DNA of 64,000 nt from positions 202,508,107 to 202,572,106 of the forward strand of contig NC_085844.1 of the NCBI RefSeq assembly GCF_035594765.1, given 5' to 3'. How positions within the stretch are numbered: position 1 is the first letter of the stretch; every line of letters begins with the position of its first letter. The translations under genes and the position numbers were made by a program. The notes beneath the pieces are model-generated. The model did not search any database, was not told the DNA's origin, and saw only the letters and a list, made by a program, of their open reading frames with translations. Below, in pieces: positions 38,013 to 52,967 of the stretch. The DNA comes from Anolis carolinensis (Eukaryota).

Positions 38013-41000
38013 TATATATAACAACAGTACAAAGTGAGTCCTTGGATTGCAAAATAGGAGTGTTTCATATTTACAATAGGTACACAATAATATATTAGAA
38101 TAATAACAAAAAAACCTTTCCTCCCCTCATTGAACATTTTTAAATACTTCAGCTTTCTTACATCCCCCCGCCTCCCCACAACACTTGTAAAAACAACAAA
38201 ATCCAGACAACCATCTTAAAAAAAATATAATACAGAACTCCAGTGTGTCAAGTATAAAGGAGAAGGAAGATGAGAAAAATGTTTAGGGTAGTTGGGAGAG
38301 GTTAAATGGAGACCTTGCCAGCCTCCTGAAGCAATTCAGTTCCAGGATAGGGACAAATTAAGAAAACAAAAAGCCCTTTCTCATGCCCTTCACATCTTCC
38401 TCAACTGGATCACTATTAAAAATTCCACAAGATTTGGGTTCTGTCTGTTACTATTACTATTATTATTATTATTATTGATATTAGTGCACTTGCAGAAAGA
38501 AACATAGACTAAGAATTAGGTTTGCCATATTACTGCACTAGGAAGAAATCCACTGGAGACAACTACTTCAGGGTTTCCATCCATTTCCACAAGACATAAT
38601 GGCAGATGTTCAGTGGATTCCACTCCTAGTGCTCTCAGAACACATTTGGTGGTGTGAGTCAGCCTTTGTGCATGACCAGGATCAACTAACATTTATGGAC
38701 AAGACCAGTATCATGCGTACAATAAGTCTAGAAAGCATTTGACAAGTTCAAAACAAAAAGCACCCATTCAGAAAGTGTGCAGTTTAGTTCCCATAACCAT
38801 TGTGAAATCATCTATCAACATTGCCATGACATTATCCAAGTAGAATGTTGACACCAATTTCGACACGTTAGCTATTTCTACTTTCTAGAAATGACAGCAA
38901 AAACTGGCAGATGCCAACGTCTCCCCCCACTTTAACTTATGAACAGGTTCTAGAATCAATCTTTGCATCTCCTTCCCCTCTCTCATTTGATAGCTCCATC
39001 TACAAAACATCCTTCAGTGTTAGGTCAAGTCTTTTTTTTATATATAATGGTATGAAAAGCTGGTTTTTAAAATTTTGCTGACTTCTCTGGAGCACCATTT
39101 ATCTTGCAAACAAGAAAAAAACCCAAACCAACAGAGATGGAAAATAACTTGAGTCCACACTTTTGTTTGTTAATTTGGATATTTCTGTCATAATTTGTTC
39201 ATGAAGGGATGGGTGGCTGGGAATATACAAATAAAAAGGTAATATACAGACAACATAAAGGGAGATTCTGGTCAAAAACAGCAGACAAACACAAGACACC
39301 TAAGCACTAACAACATTCAAAGCAAACGGTATCTCATTTGACTTGTTTAAATTCATATAATATGCCAAGAAACAATGTCAATCTCAAACGACTGTATGAG
39401 GTGAATTGCCACTTGTTTACCAACTCACTCCCCTGTCCGAAACTATATTCTTTTTGATATAGGATGGGGCAGAACATTCACTCCCTGCCTTACAGTTGAG
39501 GCAGGATATGTGCGTACAAAGAAACCTTCACTTCTGAACGGAAAGCCGTTCTGTGCTGTCTCCTTGTGAAAGCTTCTTCTGCAGGGCCACCACATATGAA
39601 AGTACTGTTAATGGACACAAATACAATTAGCCCATGGGGTTCTGGTATGAAGCTGTAGCCTAATTTGCCTGGAAATAATGTTCCACTGTTAGGATGGACA
39701 GAATGGTTTTATGTTAGGAGGAAGCATGATAGAGAGTGAATTTTTCTTTTTGTTCTTCTGATATAATTAGGATTGCCAGAGTGAAAACTGAGGATGGCTC
39801 CAATACCTCTAATGATTGAATGGAAGTGGAATTTCCAACTGGCGTTGCTAGTTACCTGTTGTGTGATGAGCAACACCTACTGATATTCCCTCTTCTATAC
39901 AACTATTAAAGATAAAAGAACCCTCCCTGGTTTTCAGTCTGTCAAACCTAGATGAAATATGTGAAGAGAACTTTGTGTTCTTTCCTCTGAGGAGGTACTT
40001 ATGCTCCAGATATACAAAGAAGAGATTCTTCTTATTGTGGGAATTGGAAAAGATTCCTCATTTCCATGTAAGATTGGGAATGCAAAAAGAGAGATGATGG
40101 TTCACTGCTGATCCTCCTTTCCCTGCTTTATGTACCATGTTAGATAAAATATTTGGAGAGGGAGATAAAAGAAAACCTATACAAAGTATAAAGAACATCA
40201 TTTCAAAACAACACAAAATCCTTCAAGGATACACTGACTAGAAATTAAATAGAAACATTTTCCCTTCTTAGAAACCAGTCTTTCAAAATAAAAATATTTT
40301 CTAGGTGATTTTTAAAAGCACCTGTTTATACTATTGAAATGCAGTGATTTGTATTTAGAGTGCAGCAGGTTCTCGGCCCTTTAGTTTGTGGACTATGACT
40401 TCTTATAGACATTTCCAAGGGTTGGTTTGTATTTTGAACCAATTTTAAATCCTTTGATTCACACAATCATCTAAAAAACAGCATCTGCATTACGTTGACA
40501 TGGGATGGCTTTTACAGTTGTCATATATAAGATACATTGGGAAAGACATGTTGTTTTGCTGAAAGGCCTAGAAAATTTCAGCAGATATCATGAAAGAGTG
40601 CCTTTTGAGTCTAACCAGAGTTCACTGAATGGGTACTGGATAGATGGGGGGAAATCATTGGGCTCAGAATGATGAGATAAAGATATTGCCTCTGAGGACA
40701 CATTAACTATTGTTAGAAGATCTGACTGTTTACCTAGCTCTAACTAGCAAGTAAAATATATACAGCTTAATATCACTGTATTGTTAATGCTATGTGGGTT
40801 ATTATATAAATGGATTACTGAAATCTGGGAAAGTCTAGCTGTCCTGGAGTTTAAATGGTCCTTTTCATACTGATTATCCTCCTTTCACGGTTTCTGTCAT
40901 TGTCACCTTTTTCTCCAGGTCTTCACTCAGTTTCACCTCTCTCTCCCAAAGCTTATTCAGGGTTATTATTTCCTCATGGAGCCCTCTGACAGGTAAATGT

Positions 41001-44000
41001 AGATAACACTGAAGCCTAACAGGAGAACTGTTGTGGAAATCATGGTACCTGAAAGCTGCTAATGGGAAATGCTCTCATTCTAACATCAGTTGAAATGAAA
41101 GCCCACTCCCTCCCCAGCTGCTGTAGTATTTGAAATGTATAGTATAAACTGACATTTCCTTTCTTGCAGGGTTTCACATGGTAAACCCAAATTTAGATGT
41201 AGACTGTTTCTAGTTCAGACAAAACTGGCTCTTTAGTGTTGGGATTTTGCTCTGCACACAGTAAAACAGTATAGAAGACCATGATGCAGATGCATTTATT
41301 TACTGTAGTGTTTACTTTTTCAAAAATTCCAAGGGGAAACACATAAACTACATATGCAGGCAGTCATTTCTGGTAGATTTCCTATGGCTCCAACAAACAG
41401 AGGTGAAAAGTATGGCAAGTGTAATCCATAATCATGGATGAATCTCTTACTGTGTCCATTATATATTGGAAGCTTCTAGTCCTAAGAGTTGATACACATT
41501 GGCCTAGTCTATTCATGCCCTATGCAGATGAGCAATGTGGGCAATTCAGAGCAGAAAGGAAGCTGAATACAGGTAATACTAGAGTAGCTCTTGTGTATGT
41601 AATAGGCCTTCTGAAGAAAAAAGACGCTTTTGTTTAGTTGATACAAATTTGTGAAAATTCATGTAGATTCATTTTAGTTCAATTAACTGAAATAGACTCA
41701 GGTGAGCAGTAATGAATTTCAGCAGAGTAGCATCCCTTCTACTATTCTGGTAGAGAGCAGAGAATAGCTGTCCGCCAGCCAATTTTCTGGCTTTGTAATT
41801 ATTATTTTTTTATAGAAGAATAAAATAAGTAGATACTTTGATGAAAAGACGGTGCTGTGAAAAGCTAATATAGATGCTACACATCACATGTGATTTCTTG
41901 GTAGGGCATCTTATAATGACAAGGATAGAATGGGAACTTGCTAATCCACATCTATAGTTTCCTAGGTAAAGCTACAAATTTCACATTCTGAATAATTTAA
42001 AGAGCCTTTAAGTATTCCAACTATTTTGTGAACTAGCAAAAACAAAGTATTTTAATTTCTGGCAGTTTATGCAAAATCACGTTCACTGTCAGTTTAGCTA
42101 TAACATTTTCCTTTATCCAGAGTGCATACAGTGATAAAGCTATTTGCCCCTCCTGTCACTTCCTGAGTTTTTGTGGAACATGTTCCTGGTGAAGTTACAT
42201 AGGCAGCCAGGCTGCTTGCTCTGGTGACTGAAGTGGCTGCAGAATTTTAGTTCTAAGAGGAGAAAAAATACAGGGGTAGGCGAGTGTGCTCATAAGATAG
42301 AATTTTTAAAATAAAGGCCTTCAAAGGAAAAAAAGCATTTGATTAGCACATCACTACCCCTTGCACTGGGCTCTTTGATGGCTCTGGATAGCACTCATCA
42401 GTGGAAGATTAAATGGAATTATTCAAACAGCGGTGCCAGGCACAGAAATTCCAGAAATGACGTCTCTGTCTTTGATGTGAAAACACCTGAAACAGAGCAG
42501 GCTGGAACTCAGACAGCAAGGGGATGAGGCAATGACATGGAGAGAGAATGTCACTTAAGGCAATCACAATGACTTCTAAATCCTGCTGGTGTCCAGAGAA
42601 ACTAGCTCCACAACACTTAAGGGTACCATCATGAACTTGGCTTTTTGGCTTCTTTCATTTTTTAAAATAAAGAAACATCGAGCAGAAATTGTACCATGAT
42701 GTCAGTTCCCAATTTATCTTGAAGCAAGGTCTATTGCCAAGAGAGAAGAAAATACTACATATGCTTCTCTGATTTCGATAAGAGCCAACCAGTTGACTGC
42801 TTGAATGCTATAGGGGTTACAAATAGAGAATTGTCATCTGAATGCAAAGGGATCTTGTAGCTCTGCTGAGAATAACTGTCAGATATAAAAGATTGAAGCT
42901 ATAGTACTATTGCCCATCTCATACAGCATTAAAAACAGGAAAGAAAGAGCTAAAGGAGGCTAACGTGATCTAATTATGAAGTGCTTGTAATTGGTTGAAA
43001 ATCCCTTTAACAAAAATTGGTGGCTAAAACTTGCCACTCACATCAATTTTGTTTAGGAACAGAGGACACAAATCTATATTTGCAGTCAATCTGACTACGT
43101 AGTTGAAGGATATCGAATAATCCTATTGAAATTGGGCTCCCCTGCTCCTGAGATGCTTTCTTCATTGGGTTCTTGGTCCTTGCTCCTGCCAAGTCAATGT
43201 AAATCAGAGCTTTCTAGCTGCAAAGCTTTGGCTGCTGTGAATGTCAAAGGCTTTAGCTTATTGCGCAAGGTCAGTCATTAGTATTTCTTTCAGGCTATTA
43301 ATAGGGCTAAGGGAAACTTAGGAAAGTGAATTATCAGGGGGAAAGTGGGTTTGGCACAGGTTTTAATGAATTATAATTAAAGCAGCAAGTTGCTCCATTC
43401 CTTTATCCTTTTGCTGGCAGTATTCAGGATAATGATTATAAAGTTTTTTTTTAAAAAAAAACCCTCAGAGATTCTCACAGAGTAGGTAACAATCTATTCC
43501 CCCTCAGAATTTTGTGGAAACAGCCCCCTCTCTTTTGAGGAAAAATAGAAATGGAGTGTACTGGAAGGGAAGGCTACAGCGTGATGGTTGATAGACTCCT
43601 GCACAAGTCATCTCTGTTAAATGTCTCTGTGAGAGAAGTTATTGCTAGTTCTTTCTCTGAGGCTCTAATCTTTTTCTGATATTTTTCAATGATATCTAGA
43701 GAGGTAAGCCTATGAATGTAGAACAGCACAGATTGGCTTTCAAGTTGTCCAGAACTCCAACTGTGTCAGGTTTCAGACTTTAGTTATGTACACTCAGTGC
43801 AGTGACACAGTGGATGGGGACCAGGAGATGTACAATTGGAATGTGAAGTCTACAATGCAGCATTACTTTTTAGTCAAATACAGCCCTCGTAATCAAATAA
43901 TGTGAGAAGGATACACTTCCAGGCTACCTCTTAAATTTTAACTCTTTGGGTGGATGTCTGACTATAGATGAAGGAGATGCAGGGTAGGAGAAAATGCTGT

Positions 44001-44382
44001 GGTTCTCTTTGTTCCAGCGACTTCTCTTCAATTATAGAATACTACAGAATGGTAATTCCTAAACCATATCTATTCCCAAACATCTTTATATTTCTGACAA
44101 TCTATGCTCAAAAGGTGATAGTATTCACAAATTCCATTTAGAATTGATAACTGAAAATACTACACACTCCAAGGAAACTGTGGCATAATCTGAATCAATC
44201 TGTAACTAGTGGTCTAATCATTTCATTCTTACTTTTAAATACCATTTTGCTTCTCTTAAATCTGACTTAGATTCTAGTCACGGGGTCTAAAATCATGTGG
44301 TCGATATCCTGCCTTCCATTAAGCCTAATCACCTTGCCCCCTCATCACCCCCTCTTAACTGCAGCCTGCACAAATATCAATA

Positions 44383-44388
44383 TTTATT
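44383..44388 (-). promoter_or_regulatory. Candidate proximal polyadenylation signal AATAAA
   Basis: Sense context ctctctgtAATAAAtattgatatttgtgc, about 1.5 kb after the stop. Confidence 0.35.
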
Positions 44389-45904
44389 ACAGAGAGAAAT
44401 ATTTACAGCATCCCACCTGCTACTTGGCACTCTTGAAAGGGACATGAAAGCTTTGGTCTTTTCCCTTTTTATATATATATAAAAGAAGAAGAACTCACAG
44501 ACATCAGCCTTCCACTGACCACTAGAAAATGGGCTGCTAGGGTCATCTAAAAAACCAAACCCAAGACAAGACATGGACAAAGACAAAGACAACAGCCATT
44601 AACAGGCATGCAGAGCATGCCATTTTCCTTTTGTCTAGAAAGAAGGACCCTCATCACTTCTCTTCCAGAGGATATAAAAGCTTTATGCTTGACCTTTGTA
44701 AGAGGTTGCCTGTAGTATGAGAAAAATGCAAATGCCATTTGTCCCAATTGCATAAGCATCACTGAGTCTAAAGAAGGGAAATAATAAATATCGTGGCTTA
44801 CTAGGTCTACACTGTTCAAGTATTGCCTGTTGTAAACACTTTGTTTAAGTTTCAAGAAATCACATAGTGACTAGAAAAAAAATGACAATAACCTTAATGC
44901 TGATCTGCCCACATACTAAGCAACTAACTAAGAAAGCCAGTAAGTTTTTTTCACAAATTGTGCACAATATGCCAGTTTCAACTTAACCTTCACTCAACAT
45001 CCTTAGAACATTCCTTAGGAACATGGCTGTCTAAAACAGGGAAGAATCTTTGAAATGTGGGTGGGGATAATTTTGTCAAAGTAAAAGAGGAATGAAGGAC
45101 TTCCATACAACCATAGTACCCCTTCAATGGTAAATAAACAGTATTAAAAAAATATCTGCACTCTATGAATACATTGCTGAAGTTAGATTTCAAGACAGAT
45201 GTGCTGGATGACTGGATGGCTTTTTTACTCCCATATATTTTTTCTAAGTGCCTCTTGCAGACTTAGACTGCATGGCATGTACCCCAACTGCACAGTATAA
45301 AAGGTTTGGTGCAAATTTGTGTTTGTGGGGTTTTCTGTATGTTCCCAGAAAAAGAATAATGGGATTTTTCAAACATTCCCAAACCATCCATCTGCGCCAC
45401 AAACAATGGGGACCTCATGAGATGGGAGGGGCAGTGTGTGCAGTGGGATCTTTTTAAAGGGATATTTGATGTGGCCACTGTGGTGTTTGTTACATTTCAT
45501 TTTTCTTCTCTCTTTTCTTTTTCTTTTTTAAAAAAGAAAAAAATTAAATAGTATTTTGTTATCTCCTAATATACATCAAACAACTTTCATGCAAAGCAGC
45601 AGTCATGGAGGAAATCTAGGTTTCCCGGGATCCTTCTTGGTTACAAATTGAGAAGAGGAACTTCTTGGCAAATCCAGCTGGTTCTTGAGATGCACTGTTG
45701 CTGTTGGTTTTCTCCCATCCTTTCAACTCGAATCTAATGAGTGAGTCTTGAGCTAAATGGCTGGACCAACTTCTGTTTCTTTTAGGAGGGTGCCACAATA
45801 CTTCAGGTATGTTCCCTGTGTCCTCCATGCTGGTTTGGTTTTTAATTCCAAGAAGACTTTGCAATAACCACTTCCTGCTGTTTTAGGAGTTCCTGCTCCT
45901 TTCT

Positions 45905-46000
45905 TCAACTCTCCATGGACATGGCACCAATAAGCTGTTCTACTTTGTATGCCAAGCGCTGCCGGCGCGCCTGCTCATCCTGCTCCAGAGCCCCAATGAT
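45905..46000 (-). CDS. PLXNA2: Plexin-A2 terminal coding exon ([31 protein letters not shown])
   Basis: Manual translation. Acceptor ttccAG at 46002-46001, TGA stop at 45907-45905. The C-terminus matches plexin-A2 as recalled (…[24 protein letters not shown]). Confidence 0.95.
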   Translation of the reverse strand: MIGALEQDEQARRQRLAYKVEQLIGAMSMES

Positions 46001-46226
46001 CTGGAACCAAAAGCAATGCAAATATATTTAAAAGAGTAGAAAATAAAAGGAGTTAATAAAGGGAGATGAAATAGTGAAGGGTGGTGATTTCTGTGTCTCC
46101 ATTAGGGATAAAAGAGTATTCACTTTGTCTTTGAAAATAAAGGGTGGAGTCATAATATAAACATGGTGACTTACTACAATGTATTTTAACCCTGCACGAG
46201 AGCAAAAGGACCAGTGCTTTGTTTTT

Positions 46227-46262
<36 letters not shown>

Positions 46263-46263
46263 T
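46227..46263. repeat. (ATC)n microsatellite in the last PLXNA2 intron
   Basis: About 12 ATC units; explains the poly-Met ORF. Confidence 0.9.
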
Positions 46264-47794
46264 TCAACAGAAAAAAATTATCCAGCATTTTTGAGTGACA
46301 TGTTTGCATATTTTTGAATGGGGTGTAAGAGCCTATTCTCTAACTTTTTGTGCCTTGTGTTAACCTTCCTCTCATAGCTGCTAAGCTTGTGAGGTTGTTC
46401 TTCTGGAAAAAGGGAAAAGGAAGGAGGAAACTGGATAACAGGGAGTCTATCCATTCCCCTGCATTTTGCACAGATGAGAAGCAGAGAAACTATAGTATAT
46501 TACAGTATAGTTGCTTCTTTTCCTTGCCTCTATAGCAGACCTCAGGGAAATTGAGTGGAGGCTCCATGGTATACAGTCACCTCTCTCCAGAGAATTTTTA
46601 AAATGACAGCAGAGTTGGCTATTGCGGAGAGGGAGGGAAAGCATTTCACATTTGTAAACAAAATAGCTGAACATTTACATCCTCAGTATTCACTGCTAGT
46701 GTTAATTATATAACATATGGGCCCCATTTCAGAGATTTTGTTAATAGTTCTTGTAAACCCGCAAAGTCTTTTTTAGAGGCTGGGAGATCCAGTTGTAACA
46801 AAGTCGCATATCAGTGGGAATGTATACAAGAGGTAGTTTCCCAGAAAAAAAAATGTGAAGGAATAAAAGGAAAGCAAAGCAGAAAATGCCAGCGCACTCA
46901 TGAGTCCATAACTATTTCTGTGTGATTGGACTGGTGTATATTACCAGCAAGAAACACAGCCATATTCTGGATGCTACATTTCCTGTATCATTTAGCAAGA
47001 AAGTAATGAGGTTCTCCAGTCTAATCGGCAAATGGCTGCTACACTGTGTCACACGCTCATACACACAATTAAATGACAAAAGCTTTGGCTTTAATGGTTG
47101 TAATTGCAAAATAGGCTTTTCTTGCACTGCAAATTAAAGGGCTGAACAGATGGTGTGAACTTGGTTTCAAGTGATGCATCCATCAGAAGAGTCCATGCTG
47201 CCAGTAACACTTTGCAAAATAGATCGTGTTTCAGTTAGTGGGATAGCCCAATAGGTCAGGATTGTTTCTGAAAATATTCAGAGAAACCTGCAGCTCTTCA
47301 AAATGGAGAAAACACATGTCTTGTTTTCAATAAAGGTTATGATGCAATTACATAATGATTTTCAAGGAATTTCCATCCACTGCCCACTGCATTACAGTCC
47401 ATCGAATTCGGCAGAGTCCTCCAACTCAGTATGTAGCATTTTTAAGGGGCTGGAAAAACTTCTGCAAGAAGAAACTGATGCAAAATTCCTGTTCTGCTAG
47501 CCTAGTTACATACACCTACATTAGATTTAGCTCAACCACTATAATAATAAATGAGGCAGTCTCAAATATTAAGTAGAAGGGGTTATACAATCCATAAAAG
47601 ACATGGGTAGAGTACACTACTAGATAAACAAGTATAGGATTGCAGTTTAAATTCAGATTCAGTTAGCCTCAAATACACACACACACACACACACAAATTA
47701 TAGGAGAGAGAAAATTGTTAGAACTACCCAACAAAATTAGTAAACAATTATATCCTTTCTCCTGCCATGTATTATGTTTCTCCTGATCATGTTA

Positions 47795-48028
<234 letters not shown>

Positions 48029-48627
48029 TTATTTGGGTTGGATCAGGATTTAGGCATATGCAACTCAAAGAGTGGAATGGATTTCCTTGTCTTTTTTGAC
48101 TTGGCAATCCCTCCTGGCCACTGGAAATGTTATGTGGAAGGTTAGGGGATACTGTGGTACAGGTGGGAAGTCTTGAAAATCAGATGGAGAAAATCTTTTA
48201 TGAGTTTTGTTGTGCATATAGTGATAATTTTGATAGGAAAGAAAAATAATATGAGTTTGAGATACAGGCTACATTAGTCATGTTCAGTAGAGGTTCTGAT
48301 ACAAAAAGAGAGCTAAAGAACTAAAAATGTCAAACGAATCTTGTAAAAGATAGATCATACTCCTTAAAGCAATGGGCACTACTTCCCAGTTATATTTGTA
48401 TCACCACATACCACCTTATAGCCTTTTATGGTTAACTAGCAACAATTGTGTGTCTTATAAAACAAACACAAATATGCAATTTCACTTGTAAAAAAACTTT
48501 TGAAGTTGGAGAACAGAGAAGAATCTTTAATGGTCAAAAACTGAAGGTTCACTAAAACAAACCCCTAAACTGCATTAGATATAACTGTAAGGAAATAAAG
48601 AGGATATCATAACTGAAATATGTGTAT

Positions 48628-48840
48628 GTGTGTGTGCCTTCAGGTTGCCTGTCAACTTATGGCAATCACCATGGGCTTTCTCAGGCAAGGAATATTCTGA
48701 GTTGGCTTGCAAATTCCTTTTTCTGCAGCACAGACAGCACCTGGTATTCAGTGGTCGTATCCCATCCAGGTATTCACCAGGACTGAGCCTGCTTTCCTTC
48801 CATGATCAGATAGTATCCGATGCCTTTAGGGTATTTAGAC
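48628..48840 (-). mobile_element. 5S rRNA-derived SINE (SINE3) with RTE-type tail, intronic
   Basis: Reverse strand TCTGATCATGGAAGGAAAGCAGGCTCAGTCCTGGTGAATACCTGGATGGGA...GAATACCAGGTGCTG aligns to 5S rRNA; tail ...gaaggcacacac. Confidence 0.75.
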
Positions 48841-49980
48841 AAGTCCATAAAACATAAGATGCCCTCCTGCCTCTGTCCTGGTTCCAAGACTTTCAAACCT
48901 AAATGCCTGAAATTTGGCACAGATGCTAGAAGGACCATAGGGATATGAATCTTGTAAACATTTGGTTTAAAAATAGGTTTCTAACTTTTCCAAAGCTGGA
49001 AATGTCTGCTAGCTAGAAAATAAAACAAGGCATGGATACTGATAAATGGTTTTATTAAATGGAAGTGTTGAAATATAATGCTAGGTCAGTCTGAAATAAG
49101 TTTGATATGATTTATGATTTAACTGTGGATGATAAAACTCATCCTATATAGATCACTGAGAATTGGGTATCACTGAGCTGACACATCTGTTCCCACTTGA
49201 ATATTTGGCACAAAACCAATACAGGTCAGAGGGCCAAGGGATGCAAATCACTATACAGAATGCCATGTTCCTCATCATGAAACCTTTCTCATTTAAGATG
49301 GGCTATGAGGCCATTCAACTATAAATTACCAAGGAGAATTGTCTAGCTTTCAAGACAACTTTAGCTAGTCCAATCTGGTAGGCTCTTGGGTAATATGAGA
49401 GGTTATGCATGAACAAAAACTAAATCAAGGTTGCACTTGAATGCAGTGACAGAGTAGATGAAGACTAATAAGCTGAGGCTGTAGAGTTCCCCAAACTGCA
49501 AGCCTGAAGTGGTGCTTTTACGATGTGAGCATACCAAAATATCATAAAGACATCTGATCCTGTCTAAACAAGATCAGTACTGTACTTGATTGACAGCTTT
49601 CTAGGAATTTTCTAGATACTCCAGCATGGCTCTATGGTGACTTCTAGTGGAAACTATTAATTTCACTGTTCACAATTGTCCATGGTTTCCTGTTTCCATA
49701 GACATTTCAGGAATGTATTCCCCACAAACAGGGGCCCAGTGTTGTATTTTATTTCCCTGTGATATAATTGTAAACATATTCAGGAACTGTGCATAAAAAT
49801 GACAACTCTTCAATTCCTTGATTTCCCTAGAGTGCAGATATTGTTTATTGTAATTTTGTTTAGTGCATTTAATTAAGAACCATTTATACACAAATACACT
49901 ATTCCTGTTTGTGCAGTAACTAGAAACTCGGGAAAGCTTTGAAGAAGGAACAGGATCCAAAAGTGGCTCATTAATTCTTA

Positions 49981-50229
<249 letters not shown>

Positions 50230-52967
50230 TTAGAAATCTAAGAAAATTAGGTTTCATTACCATCCACCTCACCACTTTTTGTGTTCTTTTCACCAAATGC
50301 CATTTAATGGCTAAAACAACAGTAATTATAATAAAATATACCATATTTGACAAGAAGAAGAAAAAAGGAGAAAGGGAAGGAGGTGGCAGCCAGAAGTATT
50401 GCAATAAAAAATGAGAATCAAATTCTACTTGGTAGCTAATTGCAAACAAACTAAATATACTTATTTTCTCTGATATTAGGATAAGCACACAATCTATATG
50501 GAGCTATTTCTTGATCTGAATTAATCAGACACCTTGGACTGTGCTGGATCACCACTGAAGTGAAAATAAGTTATGGCTAGTCCTATGAGGTTCCTGTAAT
50601 ATAGTTACTCTCTATATTCATGTATTTTTCTGTTTACCATGTTGATAAGCATAAGTTATTTGCAGTGTGCAACATAAGCTTTCCACTGTGCTATTGTTGC
50701 ATCAACACCACAATATTATACTTCAACCTACAATGAACAAAAATTCAAATGAGGATATGTTTTGCATCTTCTCTTTGCTTACTTGAGTTCTTTTTAATCT
50801 TATGAAAGCTAGTGTTGTTCAGTCACTAGGTGCCACTATTTGTTGCCTTTGAATGTAAAGAACAATGCTATATTCTGAGAACAGTCAGACATAACAATGA
50901 ACACAAACAACCAAAAATTCCACTTTTAAAACCCAATATATGAAAATTGGAAACCTAGATAATCAGTGACAAAAAGAGAACCAGAAATATTGATCATGTA
51001 AACTAGGTACTGAGAGCAGTAGCTCTGTTGTGTTGCCTTAGGATGATAAGAGTAGAAGCACTGAAGTAAATGTACTTGTCTGAATTTTGGAAATCATGTA
51101 GTTACTGCTAACTTCTACAACTATTTGTACCCATTATGAATGGGAGAAAACTGAATAAATAGTCGATAAATCAATGCAGATAGTTTCCATAAAGCTCTAT
51201 ATTGGCTAAGGTACAATTTATCTGAAAGACCCATATGGGCCTGTCTGAGAGAGGCCCTTCTTTCTGTCCCACCACCTTCATGGAACATGGTAGAAAATCC
51301 TCTTCCCAAATGCTTCCAGGCACTGGAACTAATTGATGACAGGTTTTATTATTAATGTATCATCTATGTTTGTTTTTAATTGTTCTGCTTTTGAATAATG
51401 TTTTATTTCTATGGATAGTTCAATTTTATCAACTTCATTTTGGGTGATGTGATCTGTTTTCATTTTTGTAAATTGTCTTGGGTTCCAGGGCCGGGGTACA
51501 TGTGAGATTTAACAAAAAGCAAACAAATAATAATTTGAATAGTCATGACAATGATAATGATACTGTTACTCCCCGCTCCCTGCATCCACAATCAGATGCA
51601 ATACCCAGACATGTTTCTGGCATATTATTGGGAAAACCTTGGTATTATCCATTATCTCAAGACTTGCCCCATGTGCATTTACACATTACAAAGTTGTGGG
51701 ACACTTATAGCTATGCATCTTTCACAAAAACAGTTATAGGCCACGTAGCTGCACATCTTGCTGTTTCACCATATAACTATTTCACCACAAAAGGAAAGGA
51801 TGTTGGCTGCACAATGCTCAAAAATTTGGGAATAAATCATAAGATTTATTTCTAAGGACGTTATCACACCTGCGTGCTGTCTCACCACAATCCTGGTAAT
51901 TTAGGGAATTGACATATAGAACAATCTGTATTGCACCTCTCTGTATTGTACATCTCTGCTGCTTTGGTAATCTGTAATTCCTTGATCTGTCTTCCTGCCT
52001 TCTCATCATGCTTTCAGATTATTATTATTAATATTAATTTAAATTTATTACACTTCTATATATATAAAAGAGTGATGGCATCAGGGCAGCGGACAAAACA
52101 AGCTAGTTATGTAATAAATGGCAATACAAAAGAAAGAAATGTAAAAGAAGATAAACCAAATGGGGAGGGAAAACAGTCTGCTTGGGAACAGTGAAGGAGA
52201 GAGGAGGAGAATCATACTCACTGATGTCACACAACTGCTGGCATATCGGAATAGAAGTGGAAGGGACCTTTCATACTGAAGTAAATAAGTAATGGGAAGG
52301 CAGTGGTATGGAAAACCAAGGACAAGTTTTACCCATCAATGAAAAGGAGTGCTATTGTAACTGAGGGAAGGCAAAGTGACAATACACACAGGTGACAACT
52401 ACTGGCAACAAATACTATTATACCACTGCAATTCCAATTTGCCAGCTTTGCGTGATAAAGTCCTAAATCTTTGGCATCTGTAGTCAGAGAAGAATTATGA
52501 TTCACTTTTCTCTGTGGCAGGATAAAAACAAAGCCAAACCTTCCTGTTAGCTTTCAAGTGTGTGATGAGGCATCCAGCTTTGATCTGAAATTAAGTCATA
52601 CTTTAAAAAATGAACTGGTGGTATAACCAACAGCAAATCACTCTCTTGCTGTTCAAGTTCACATGGATATTGTAACAAGCTTGCCCTCATGCAGTTCTCA
52701 TCAAAGTCGCCTCTCAGCCACTTCTCCTGACTGACCTTCAAGCTCCAGGAAAACATTCTAGTTTTAGGTACTCTATGAGGCTTAAATTTTCAGTATCATT
52801 TAGGGATAAAACTAATCTTTTCAACACTGTAATGGAAGTCGCTGGTCAAACATGCAGTGAAAAAGGGTGGTGTAAAGGTAACACAAGATATTGGCACACT
52901 GAACTTTATTTATGTAGTGTATGTTACTTAATTTTGATGAGAGGAGTTCCCCAATTTTAGCATGACA

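Larger units (their letters stand above)
37990..45904 (-). other. PLXNA2: Probable long 3'UTR of PLXNA2 (extent inferred)
   Basis: Directly follows the stop codon, nearly free of young transposons, with U-rich blocks on the sense strand. Candidate AATAAA signals at 44388-44383 and 38012-38007. Confidence 0.5.

Noticed and set aside
46028-46309. Poly-Met ORF
   Set aside because: Product of an intronic (ATC)n microsatellite.
48720-48840. 5S rRNA gene
   Set aside because: Too diverged and fused to a LINE-type tail; it is a 5S-derived SINE.
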